A stretch of DNA of 63,603 bases, counting the filler, from Hyphochytrium catenoides (Eukaryota; Protista; Hyphochytriomycota), in the NCBI GenBank assembly GCA_900088475.1. It is 11 parts of 11 records of this genome, joined end to end, with 100 filler letters (N's around TTAATTAATTAA, not from the genome) between each part and the next. Parts side by side here need not be neighbours in the genome. Positions count along the whole stretch, not along the records: positions 1 to 19,720 come from FLMG01001867.1; positions 19,821 to 20,873 come from FLMG01001513.1; positions 20,974 to 24,623 come from FLMG01002534.1; 8 more parts are not named here. One strand, given 5' to 3'. A program made the translations under genes and the position numbers. The notes under the pieces were generated by a model. It was not told the origin of the DNA and did no database searches. It saw nothing but the letters and a program-made list of their open reading frames with translations. Below are positions 13,365 to 24,368 of this stretch, in pieces; positions within the stretch are counted from its first letter, which is position 1, and each line of letters opens with the position of its first letter.

Positions 13365-15371
13365 CTAAGGCTCAAAAGGTTTTCTCTTCTTCAAAGCAAG
13401 GGCGGGGATCTGGCTAGGTTTGTTCCCGCGGTACCCGCAATCCAACAGCACGGGCGTACAGCTCCATTCCTTGGCTTCTTGGAGAACGTCCTTTTCTGAC
13501 TTCAGCAAGGCAATCGGTGGGCCTTCTTCTTCTTTGCCACTGCCTTCTCTTTGCGTCACCAAGATAGAGCCTCGTACGAGCCCCCATGTCGTGGTGGTGT
13601 TATCCACGTTCTGCTCCATATGACTCAGCTCCTCTCGATCGCCTCCGTGCAGACAAAAGCCGCATATCCAGAAGATTAGGGCGGAGACCAGTACCGCGCC
13701 ATAGAGTCCAAACCCCAGGACTGCCCAGAGCATATTTAGCATGATCCTGTTCTCCCGCGTCTGCCAACTCGCGTGGACACTGACAGAATCTCCAAACTCA
13801 CCAGTTGATTGAGCTAATAGCCAGGCATTAACGCCACGAGCCAGTATGGCCTCGGCCAGAGCTCCACCGTCNNNNNNNNNNNNNNNNNNNNNNNNNNNNN
13901 NNNNNNNNNNNNNNNNNNNNNNNNNNNNNNNNNNNNNNNNNGTGAACTCAGGATTAAAGCGGAGAATCGGGTTGTACTGCAACACGCCGTAGTCTACTCC
14001 CGTCCAGTTCTTGACGATGGGAAGCTCACTGGAGGGCGCAGCCGGGGCTATAATTCCCCTTCGTAGCTCAAGCTTGCATTCGCCCAACCACATAGAGTAC
14101 GTAGTACTCATGGCGCCCTCTTGGTAGGCATAGGCGTAGGTGAAGCCCTTTCCGGGGAGAAGGTAGTCGCTGTTTGCCAGAAGAGACAGGTTCTTGCGCT
14201 CAGAGTTTGTCCCGATAATGACTTTCTTACCTGTCCGAGACTCGACACCTTCTTTATTGAGCTTAAGGGTCCACACCAGGGTAGCGATCACGCTGATTGA
14301 AGTCACTTCCTCCACGTCTTTGTCGGCTATAGCGCCACGAAAGCCATAGAGGTCATCCATCTGCCAACCCGGTAAGGAGATATTCTGCATTATGTTGGCC
14401 CAACTCTCGTCTGAGATACGGTCTCTAAGATACGCTGGCTTTTTGGCGTCTTCTAGATCGACCCAGCCGTTCAGTCCGTAAGCTAAGCGTAGATCTTCTA
14501 GAGGCGAGCAGGTGGCTGTGAAGCCCTCACAGTACGTTGCATTTTCAATATCCACATTGTTCTTGGCTGGAGTCCCTTCTGTTGGTCGCGCGCACAGTAT
14601 ACCGTCCTTCACATACAGTCCGGTTTCCTCAGAGTAGCCATTGGCAGACAACGCCGTCCACATACGCGTGACTTGTCTTGCATAGCGATAGCCTTTGACG
14701 ATCTCTGCAGCATCCACAGTCTGGATTCTCTTCACCTCGTTGGCTTTGCTTGTGTCACTAAGCGATCCGTTCAGCAGCCAGCCACTTGTTGGAAGAGTGA
14801 CTTCCCCATGATGCTCCACCTTCAGGATCACGTTCTTCATAGAGGATTGAGAGACATTGACGAGGATAATGCCGGTAATAAGGGATAAAGAGACAAGGAT
14901 GGGACTAGCAGCAGCCAGTGACTGCTTCAGGCCGCTCCTTTCCCAGCCGCTGTAGAGATGATAGGACAAACGGGCAAAGCTTCCAATGCCGCCAACCTTT
15001 CCCTCAGTAAAGAGCTCGGTTGTCAGGATTGCCTGGCGGAGATTTTGAGGCAATGGGAGGAAGTGTGCAGAGATCATAGATCTGAGCAACCTGAGAAAGA
15101 GCAGCCCGCCAACAATCGTCAAGATCCACTCAATTACGCTGAAGAGCTGGCCCGCAATACCAGGTGTCAGACCTCTTGGCAGGAGCACGGTCGTGATGTT
15201 GGGGGCGAAGGTCGCCGGTAAGACCTCCATGTCGACAGGGAACTTTCTTAGCAGTTCGAAGATACCTTCAGCTTCAGCAGCAGGAACGGAGAAGCAGGTA
15301 AAAGAGAGCACTAGTACTCTCGCCAGGCATGAAGAAGAAGTCTTGATGACTGATCCTTGTTGCCTCTTCAT
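13365..15371 (-). CDS. Apparently intronless multi-pass membrane protein (~670 aa), weakly DUF3176-like
   Basis: Long ORF with a likely ATG at 15371. It has N-terminal hydrophobic segments, a ~370-aa Cys- and N-glycosylation-sequon-containing loop, a C-terminal TM (IMLNMLWAVLGFGLYGAVLVSALIFWICGF) and a cytoplasmic tail. It spans an N gap (13872-13941), so frame continuity is assumed. Confidence 0.7.
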   Translation of the reverse strand: MKRQQGSVIKTSSSCLARVLVLSFTCFSVPAAEAEGIFELLRKFPVDMEVLPATFAPNITTVLLPRGLTPGIAGQLFSVIEWILTIVGGLLFLRLLRSMISAHFLPLPQNLRQAILTTELFTEGKVGGIGSFARLSYHLYSGWERSGLKQSLAAASPILVSLSLITGIILVNVSQSSMKNVILKVEHHGEVTLPTSGWLLNGSLSDTSKANEVKRIQTVDAAEIVKGYRYARQVTRMWTALSANGYSEETGLYVKDGILCARPTEGTPAKNNVDIENATYCEGFTATCSPLEDLRLAYGLNGWVDLEDAKKPAYLRDRISDESWANIMQNISLPGWQMDDLYGFRGAIADKDVEEVTSISVIATLVWTLKLNKEGVESRTGKKVIIGTNSERKNLSLLANSDYLLPGKGFTYAYAYQEGAMSTTYSMWLGECKLELRRGIIAPAAPSSELPIVKNWTGVDYGVLQYNPILRFNPEFXXXXXXXXXXXXXXXXXXXXXXXXDGGALAEAILARGVNAWLLAQSTGEFGDSVSVHASWQTRENRIMLNMLWAVLGFGLYGAVLVSALIFWICGFCLHGGDREELSHMEQNVDNTTTTWGLVRGSILVTQREGSGKEEEGPPIALLKSEKDVLQEAKEWSCTPVLLDCGYRGNKPSQIPALALKKRKPFEP

Positions 15372-18162
15372 CACTCTTGGTGGGCGGGTCCAGCACAGAT
15401 AATGGTGGTAGCAGCAGTAGTAAGCGTTTGCCAGGCTTTTCAAGATGGAAGACAATAGACTGCAGCAGCAGCGCCGTGTTCGGGCCTCACCTAACTTCCT
15501 ACCGCCTGCATAATAAGCCGAAAGATGAAAAATGGGGAACGTCCTTGTCCTCAAGTTTGGAGAGACGACGGAACCAGACGAAGTGGGACCATCACGTCAC
15601 CAGCACCACCACCTCCGATGATACTGCTCCTCATGGGTGATAAGCTTGCTGGCAAGGGTCGGGTCTGCTCATTGCTTGACATTGTGAAGGGGGAAACGCC
15701 TCGCACTTTGGCTTGTTGAACCCCTCCTCCTCTTCTCTCTCCGTCCTTTTGTTCCTCTTTCGCTTCGCACCTCTTGAAGTACTCTTGTTCCACCGTGTCG
15801 TCCCCTATCAGCAAACCTTGATGATGGTGGTGGCCTCTTCGTCGGTCTGTTTATCAATCAATCCCTTATTATAAGCTATTTTAGGAGCTAACAACGACGA
15901 CCTATCATCTCCTTGCTTCCTCCTTGCTGGCCCTGCTATTGGTGGGCTGCTGCTGGCTTAAGTTACTTCTCTCCTCCTGCTGCTAGCTCTAACGTTCTTC
16001 TTCTTCTTAGAGCTCCTTTCAATCTCACGCAGAAGTAGCAATTCACTTCTTGCAGCCAGCCCACCACCAAAAGCAGCAACAAGCTCCTCCACTAACCACT
16101 ATACTTACATGCTGCTGCTTGCTGGGGCGACCCAGCAGCATTCCCTCCCACTCCCACCACTATCATCCTAGTACACTCAATCAAATAAAAGTACTACACT
16201 CAATCATTCCTTTGCTCCTCTTATCTCACCTCCTTTCCTCGTCCTCTCGTCCTCCTCCTCCTCCTCCAACCTCTGCTGCGTGCGTGCGTAAGCAAGAAGG
16301 ACCAGCCACAGCTGCTGCTTCTCCATTTCCATCGCTTGACCGCACCTACCACCACCAGCAGCAGCTAGCAGCAGCAGCAACCAAACAAGAAGCAAGCAAC
16401 AAGAAGCATCCTTATCCCATCCCAGCCCGGCCAAAAAACAAGCAGCAACAAGCAGCAAGGACAGGCAACAACAAGCCCGCCAACATCCTCATCTTCCATC
16501 ATCATCAATCATCCGTCCTCCTCCTCCCAGGTAGGTGGTAGTAAGGTCTCAATCAGTCTTCTGATGACTGGTGGACCGACAGCAGCAGCAGATAGAGCGA
16601 GGGAGGAGGACGGAAGAGCGAGGAAGGAGGGAGAGGAGGGAGAGCCCCCCCCCTCCCCCCCCCCTTCACGCCCTTCTTGGTAATATGTACGATTACACAA
16701 CTTCACAAAAAGTAATACCTCTTCTTTGATGGGATTCCCCCTTGGGCTATATACTTGGAGTACGAGTAGTAATAGCTATGAAACTGTTGTAATGGCCTTG
16801 TGCAGCCCGGTTGGGCCAGCAAGAGACGAGGGTGTGCACAGAAGAGTGACCTACTAACTCTTCCTCTATTTATTTATAGAAGCTGGTCGTCATTACTTCT
16901 TATTACTTAGTGCTACTACGATGCTGCTGTTGCGGCTCTCCTTCCTCCATCTTCAAGAAGAAGAACAACAGGCAGCAGTTTGTACCGATCGAAGAGGAAG
17001 AAGGAAGAAGAAAAGAGACCGCCTCCTTAAATTAAGCAGCATGGTGGCACCCCACCGATGACAGCCTGATTGGTGATAGGAGGAGCGAGGACGAGGCCTA
17101 GGAAGAGCGAGGACAAGAAGAAGAACAGCAGCAGCAGCCATCATGATCAATCATCATCATAGTGGTCATGGATACTACGAATAGTAGCATGATGATGTGG
17201 CAGCAAGGCGCTCTTATTGGCTGTTGCTGCCCCTTGTTGAAGACTGACTGACGTACTACCTCAGGAGCCTTCTCCCTGCGATCACTGCCGCCAGCTAGTA
17301 CTAGGAGTGCAGCAACAACAACAGGTCAACAACAGCGAATACTACTAACTACTGCTTATTTGGGGAGGAGGCATCATCATCGGCGAGCGGCGCTAATATA
17401 TGATAGCGTTGTCAAGCCCATTCTTCCTCGGTTCTTTATCCATCTTGAGGATGATGAGCGAAGAATGCAACACAAAGAAGAAGAGCAGTATGAACGCGGC
17501 AGGGGGGAGGAATCTTCTCCTTCTTACTTGATGATATAATGAAGGTGGTCAGAATTTGATACTTGTGATTCTTACTAAAAGCGAGGATTGCTGCTTGCTG
17601 CCGCCGCCTGGTACAGCTTACTATTATCACCGATCAGGAAGGACATCATCATGAAACTGAGTAAAGGAGGTTGATTTAATTGCTGAGTGCTAGAAGAGCA
17701 GTCTCTGACAAACTTTATTATATATCGTAATCGAACTCATTGTTGTTGGCGCTGGTTGTGCTTCGTTGCTTTGCGAGTGGAGAAGTATTGATAATATGCT
17801 TACTGGAGTGCGTCTTGAGCTCATGGAACTATTTTGAAGCTTTTTATTCTTGAAGAAGAAAATATGAGCTATCCTAACATTGTCAGTCTCCTGAGGAAAG
17901 CTGTGTCACTAGTAGAGCAGCTAAGTCTTCTTCTTCCTGGTGCTACTATATATATTTATGTTTGATGAGGAGCTGGTGCAGGAAGAAAAGGAGAGGCAAC
18001 TTTTCAACCTCAAGCTTACCTCCTCTTCTGATGATCGCTGCGCTCTTCTGGCGCTGGATAACGGGTGGTAGGAGCTTATTATTGTTCTTTCATAGAAGAA
18101 GAAGAATAGAGTTGGAGCTAAGCGGGCGTGGATGATGGGTAAATGTAGAGTTTATTAGAGCC

Positions 18163-18498
18163 TGTCAGAATACCTTTCCAACGCCAAACTCTCCCGTTCG
18201 CTAATGGAGGCACAGAGGAAGCCTAGACGACAGAACACTACTCTAGCAAAGAAAAGTCGAAGTGCAGATCGTCTGGAAAATGTGAAGTGAGATTAACAGA
18301 TTAGCGCTCGACGAGCGCGGCATTGACTCATCCCGTTGCTATGCAGAACATGCAAGATCTAGACTGTACTACTATTATCAGCTAAATAGGCATACAGAAT
18401 GTAAGCAGAAGATCGTATTAGCACTCTCGGTAACGGACATGACCTTTGGCATGATGGAAACATTTCCAACGTATCGATAAAAGAAAGGAAATTTTGCA
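18163..18498 (-). repeat. Putative 3' LTR (~336 bp) of the gypsy element
   Basis: TG...CA ends with imperfect inverted termini (tgtcagaat ... attttgca), starting 2 nt from the PPT. The second LTR is not in the window. Confidence 0.55.
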
Positions 18499-19720
18499 GG
18501 CTCCCTTCCTTAAGCGCTTGCCGTCCGCGACAAGAAAAGTAGAACGAAAACTACTAGTTAAGTATCAGAATCAGATCCAAGATATTCGAAGCTAAAGAGT
18601 CAAGCGTTGGCGTTCATCGAAGATTCGTATGGCGTCTTCCCCATAGGGAATGAGGGTGGTTTCGGGTTTCCAGGTAGCATCAGACAAAGGATAAGCGAGC
18701 CATTTGACGAGATATTGACGCTGGCGCTGGTAGACGCGAGTCTTCAAAATCTTCTCGACATGATGATAGTGAAGATCGTCACCAAAAGACCGACAAAAGG
18801 AGCTGGAGGAGGTTGCTGACGCCCTAGCAGGTGTTCCGGGAAAGGGCGATAAGGTTCCAGCAACGGGACTTGAAAAACTGGGTGAAGCTGATACGTTTTG
18901 GGCAAGGTGAGCTTGTAAGCATCGTTACCAATCCTCTGGAGAACTAGAAAAGGACCAAGGCGACGAGGTAAGAAGGTACGCTTCCCATCACGGTGGGCAG
19001 CAGGGTTTACGATACCTTTGGCCTTGAGCCAGACTAGGTCATTAGAAGCAAAAGCTACCTCCCGACGAGAGCGGTTGGTAAGTTCAGCTTGATAAGCCTG
19101 AGCATGTAAAAGCTGGTCTTGAAGGGAAAGTTGGATCTCCTTCAGTTGATCGAAGTGCCACGCCAGCTTAGGAACGGTCGGAACTGGTAGGTCAGCAGGC
19201 AGACAACTGGATACATCATAACCGTAATTTGCCTTGAAAGGTGTGCACTTGAGAGAGCTCGCAAGAGAGTTATTCGCCGCCAATTCGACGTAAGGAAGAA
19301 GTTCCTGCCACGTCTTATCAAGCAGTGTTAGCAGAAGGCCTCGGAGAATCTGTTTCACTCTTCGAATGGTACGTTCGATTTGACCATCCGTCTCCGGGTA
19401 ACGAGCAGTAGAGAGTCGATGATCCACTCCGGTGAGTCTGGCTAGTTCTTTCCAGAAGCGGCTACTAGTGAAACGAGAATCCCGATCAGTAACGAGAACC
19501 TCCGGAAAATCATGGTTAACCACGACTTTTTCAAAGAAGACCTGAGCCTGAGCCACTGTTGCAGCAGCATCTTGCGTCGTAGTAGCACCAAGACGAATCA
19601 TATGTGTGAGTTTGCAGACATGAACTTGACGGGCATCCTCACCTCTGGGTACTCGCGGAAGGGCAACCTGTAGAGTCCATTGTAACTGTGTGCCACGGGC
19701 GAGGAGGAATATCTAACGGG
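18163..19720 (-). mobile_element. Ty3/gypsy (chromovirus) LTR retrotransposon, 3' end: integrase, chromodomain, PPT, 3' LTR
   Basis: Integrase motifs VTDRDSRFTS, LSTARYPETDGQIER and the GPY/F module LGPFLVLQRIG...LHPVF. A chromodomain follows in another frame (18785-18592: HVEKILKTR...QYLVKWLAYPLSDATWKPE). PPT ttaaggaagggag lies at 18513-18501. The element is truncated by the contig end. Confidence 0.92.
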
Positions 19721-19820
19721 NNNNNNNNNNNNNNNNNNNNNNNNNNNNNNNNNNNNNNNNNNNNTTAATTAATTAANNNNNNNNNNNNNNNNNNNNNNNN
19801 NNNNNNNNNNNNNNNNNNNN
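19721..19820. other. Artificial contig-joining spacer N44-TTAATTAATTAA-N44 (first of ten)
   Basis: The same 100-bp spacer, with stops in all six frames, occurs at 19721, 20874, 24624, 46753, 50033, 51714, 53435, 58711, 60161 and 62140. Confidence 0.97.
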
Positions 19821-20169
19821 TAGGTCCATCCCGCTCTTTCTCGCGTAACCTTTTGCTTTGAGCTCCGACTGGGACTTTCCTTTGAGAGAATCTGACCGAG
19901 AAGTGAGAGAAAAGGAACAGTAGAGAGAGAGAGAGAGACAAAGAAAGGGAAGAGTCACAAAGGAGAGAGAGAAAATAGAGAGAGGGCCAGAAGAAAGAGA
20001 AAGAGGGACAGATCAGGTGAAGACAACAATGTACAGAGAGAGAGATATGGCGGAGAGAGACAGCGAGAAGGGAGAGAGAGTGAGCATTGTGACAAAGAGG
20101 GATCACGTAACCGCCATAAATGTCAGGGGAGAGGAGGCAAGAGAGAGAGATCAAGAGATCAAGAGATGA

Positions 20170-20200
<31 letters not shown>

Positions 20201-21149
20201 AGGGAGAGAAAGGATGACAGCGTAGAGAGATACTCTGAGGAACAGTGTGAAAGAGAGAGGCTGAGAGAGAGAAATGAAGGAGAGAGAGAGAGAGTCCCAA
20301 CCAGGGTTGATGCGCCCTGGAAGTGCTCCTTCAGGAAGAGCCTTGCCGCCTTCCATGTAGAACTTTGACTGAAGCTTGTTCTTCTCCATGTCAGTAGATT
20401 TCTCTCTGATAGTAGAAAGAAAGGAGAGAGAGAGAGAGAGAGAACAGAGTGGAAAGAGAGAGAGGAAAGAAACACGCAAGGGAGCCAGTGAAAGGAGAGA
20501 GGTGATAAATGAGCAGTTTGGAGGAAGAGAGAGGACAGTGACATACGGAGCTCGTACCGAATAGACAAAGAAGATGAGAGAGAGAGACAGAGGCCACAAA
20601 AGGAAACACAGAGAGAGAGAGAGAAAAAGAGAAAAAGAGAGAGAGAAAGAAAGGACGGTGAAGCCCTAAGAGAACTTAAAGACCTGACATTGCAGAAAGG
20701 GACTTCCGGAGAGAGAGGTAAAGATACAGTGTAAGATAGAGGAAACAAAAGAGAAGGAGAGAGAGAGAGAGAGGAAGCAAGAGAGAAAGAGAAAAAGAGA
20801 GAGAGAAAAAAAAAAGAGAGAGAGAGAGAGAGAGAAAGAGACCTGGCAGGCATCGGCTTGTATGCAAATATTTNNNNNNNNNNNNNNNNNNNNNNNNNNN
20901 NNNNNNNNNNNNNNNNNTTAATTAATTAANNNNNNNNNNNNNNNNNNNNNNNNNNNNNNNNNNNNNNNNNNNNAGATCTTACCATCATCACTCAGCTGCC
21001 GGCCACCACCGAAGTCATTAGAAAGCAGAATGACCCCTGCTAGTTCTTTATTATCTACTGCCTGACATCAGCATCAAACCGAGCCTTCTATCTTGTTGTC
21101 GGGCCGTCCTGATACTCGCTAAAAGAAACACTTGGATCTACGGTGGACT

Positions 21150-21849
21150 TGTGAAGAATCCTGCTGCTGTGGAAGAACTCCTCGTAGAGTTGCACGCGAC
21201 GAAGAGGTGGTCCGGAACGAGAGTTGAAGCTTGTCTGAGGGACTACTTTCCATCATTGGCTAACCTCATTCAAAGATGTGGTTCAGCGAGCGAGATCACG
21301 GCTTTGGGCCCTCTGCTCTCCAGAATAGAACAGAAGATTTCTCTCAATGTCCCAGAAGGCGAACGGGAGAATAGTATGCACGGAAGGTCATTCCTCTAAC
21401 TGAAGACCTCTCTCTCAAAATATGCCTGCCATCGCTGGATGGTGAACGCCTATTCAACCCGTATGCAGCCCCAACACGAGACTGCGAGCTATACGACTGT
21501 GAGAAGGACTTAAAGGAAAACATAGAACCCTACATCCAGGGATCTTCACACTAATCTGTCCTCACGGTTTCTATCTAGGTAAGATTCAACCTCGGCCACA
21601 ACTAAAGCGCTAGTGAATCTCACTCTAAACTGGTGTCGGTTAGGTTTCTTCCTGATGGTCAAACCTGGGAGTCCTGAGACCGTTTTTTCGGTACTCTACA
21701 ACCGATTTCCTGAGGCCGATAGATTGATAATCTACGACAATGCGTGCAAGCTGTTGGAGTACTGTCTCAACAGGGAACCAAATTACTTTGAGAGGACAGT
21801 ATTCCTCATTGATAGGTTGCATGCTGCAGGCCACGCAAGGTCTCGGTGA
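21150..21849 (+). pseudogene. KDZ (Kyakuja-Dileera-Zisupton)/HMGXB3-like transposase relic
   Basis: Spliced reading HPGIFTLICPHGFYL-GFFLMVKPGSPETVFSVLYNRFPEADRLIIYDNACKLLEYCLNREPNYFERTVFLIDRLHAAGH contains the CPHG, YDNAC and DxxHxxxH motifs. A 65-nt GT-AG intron lies at 21579-21643. There is a frameshift upstream and truncation after the His motif. Confidence 0.75.
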
Positions 21850-22719
21850 GGGCACTATAGCCAGAGGAGCTTCCAATTACTCTCTTTGCTAGGAGGGCTT
21901 TGGCACGAGCATCAAGCCGTTGCCCCAAGCTAATATGCTTGGGCAATCAGGGATAAGTTGGAGTCCTCGCTCTACATAAGGAGTTTAGTATATTGCGCCT
22001 CGAGAGGTGACTTATGAATAGGCTACTGGCCCGATTAACAGCATCGTTAAGAACAAAGCGCTGGCAGTCTGGATGCCACTCCTTGAGCATCAGTTGCAGA
22101 AGCGCTTCACTGCTCCCAAGGGAGGCATTATATTGCAAGAGCTGCAAAGATGCAATGAAATCAGCTCTAAAATTATCGCTCATGGTGTCCATAGTGCCAC
22201 TACCTGATCTGCCTCAAAAAGCAAAAACTTTACTCGGCCCCGTCTTCCCACCCTGTTCTTTGAATGTTGGTTTGTGAGTAGCAGCTGACGGTGAGAATTG
22301 CAAGCCAATCTTACCGTAGTACTGTTACATTGTCGGCCAGCGGTGTCAGGGTCTCCTGCTGTTTCCTCCGACGCATTTCAAGTTTCTAAAAGTCAGCTTT
22401 GAGAATTAGTGAGGTTGGACTTACGCATCATGCTCTTTCCTATGTTCCTCACCAGCCCTGGTGTCATTCACATTCCCTGGCTGAACGTCGATTTCTTCCA
22501 AGATCAACGCCCATGACCACTGGTATTGTTCTTCGTACGCTCTCGCTTCCTACAAGCAACTCTCAGTCAAGTCCATCCCAGATTGAACGAAATAGAGTAC
22601 AAGCCTGAAGTCGGTTGTGACTGTCCTAACCTTTGACAGGTGGCGTTTCTACAGGCTGGGGACGGCTTCTTGTTCAGCTGTCCTGCAGGTGCTTCAGTAA
22701 CGTATGCTGGTACCGAAGG

Positions 22720-23122
22720 ATCGCTGTCGCGCGCTCCAGGTTGCTCGTCGCTTAGTCCGTCAGCTATGCCGTCAGTCTCTAGTCCATCAGCCATGCCGCC
22801 AGTCTCCGATGTCTGTGTCCCCCTTCTGTCTCCCGTGGCTCGTTCAGCGATTGAAGCGACCTTTTCGGCAGTTAGAGATGACGCGTTAGACTAATAACCG
22901 AACTATTGCCAGGAAGAGCGCTCTACATATCATCATCAAGGGCTTTTCATAGTCTATTATTTGCCTAACATGCGAACCTGAGCGCTCTAACTTACCTGCA
23001 TGTGCTTCAGTGGCGTGTGTCCGTCCCAAAACTCGCTCTCGCGCGATTCAGGTTGCTCATCACTTAGTCCGTCAGCCCTGCCGTCAGCCTCTAGTCCGTC
23101 AGTCTCTTGTCCGTCAGTCTCT
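22720..23122. repeat. Dispersed direct repeat pair (~90-100 bp) with internal ccgtcag subrepeats
   Basis: tcgct.tcgcgcg..caggttgctc.tc.cttagtccgtcagc..tgccgtcag..tctagtcc.tcag occurs at ~22721 and ~23032. Confidence 0.8.
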
Positions 23123-23225
23123 TTGAATCTCTCTATCCACCTCTTGCTCTCTCGTCCAGTATTTCTACCTTATATAAATATCTTCAACCTTTGGATCGTC
23201 TCTCATTTTTCCTTCCTCAATCCTG

Positions 23226-24368
23226 TCAGTTTCCAAATGCATAGAAAGATTGGTCACTGACCAGACTGAAAGATGGCTTCAACCCAAATAAGAACTTATG
23301 GGCATCCAGCAGCTCCGGCATGACATTCTCTTTCACTCTTCTTCTCTTTGGCCCAGGCCTTCGCTGCACAGTCCTTTCGTGGGACAGTCTCATACGCTTC
23401 CATGGTACTATTAGGCCCGGCTCTGTCCGTCGCAAACTATAAGTAACCACGATGCTGACTAAATCCTGACTGCAGACTTCACCTGCAATAGTAAACAGAT
23501 CGTTCATTTGACACCATCTCTTTAGAGCCTCAGGGATAAACTCTGCTTCTTGACAGAGGGCCATTAGAGCTGGTCCATATTCTATAAACGCTTGCTTCAC
23601 TGTGGTCAGTTGGACATAGACCCAACCCTCGGGAAGGCTTGCGTAGTCGTCCTCCTTATCTAAGTCCTCTCCAGTTGAAGAAGAAAGAAGAATAGTTGAG
23701 CCAGTCATTGCAGATGGGACGCTATCAATCATTTCAATCCAACCTTCGTTGACCATAACCCCATTGGCCAGAGTACGGCGACCAGAACATTTTGAGGCTA
23801 ACCTTCGCAAAGATACCTCATCACCGGCGGACAGTTGTTCACGTGTTACGAAAGTGGGAGCACCCACAGTATGCGTGGCTGGCCAAGGAAGTACGTCTCC
23901 TACACCTAAAAGAGATGGCCCAATGCGAAAGTGTAGGCCCATTTTACTCAGAGGAATCCAGACGCTAGTGGCTATTAACTTACCATGACTTTGAACAACC
24001 ACAACTTCTCTTTTAGGGCTTTGGCTTTCAGTAAAGATTCGCTTTCCTTGGTCATCGCAAAGAAGTCAGAGGTGTGGAGGAATGTATTCCCATGATCCCA
24101 GATGGTACTTGCTTATGACACTACCCAGCTGAATCCACGCAAAGTCGTGTCCACCTGTGATATGGTCGTTCGTCGTCGTAAGCCTGGCCACCAATTTTAG
24201 GGTATCGCGAGCTACGCAGTTGTAGTTGTTTCCTTTTTTACCTGGAGCGCGAGTAACATCCTGAAGAATACCCCGGGCAAATACATTTTCCTGGAAGGCT
24301 TGTTTCGACCGAGCGCGATAGTCGTCTGCGTCTCCGTGGTCTGCGTCTCCCCCACGGAATCTTGACAT
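23226..24368 (-). pseudogene. Interrupted unknown ORF (100 aa + 258 aa pieces in the same frame), probably transposon-associated
   Basis: Two microsatellite-free ORFs are separated by one stop and lie on the same contig as the KDZ relic. No domain was recognised. Confidence 0.35.

Noticed and set aside
19821-20873. Possible exons on the minus strand (DMEKNKLQSKFYMEGGKALPEGALPGRINPG; DIYGGYVIPL)
   Set aside because: Probably a real gene fragment given the skew and splice-like sites, but too short to model or name.
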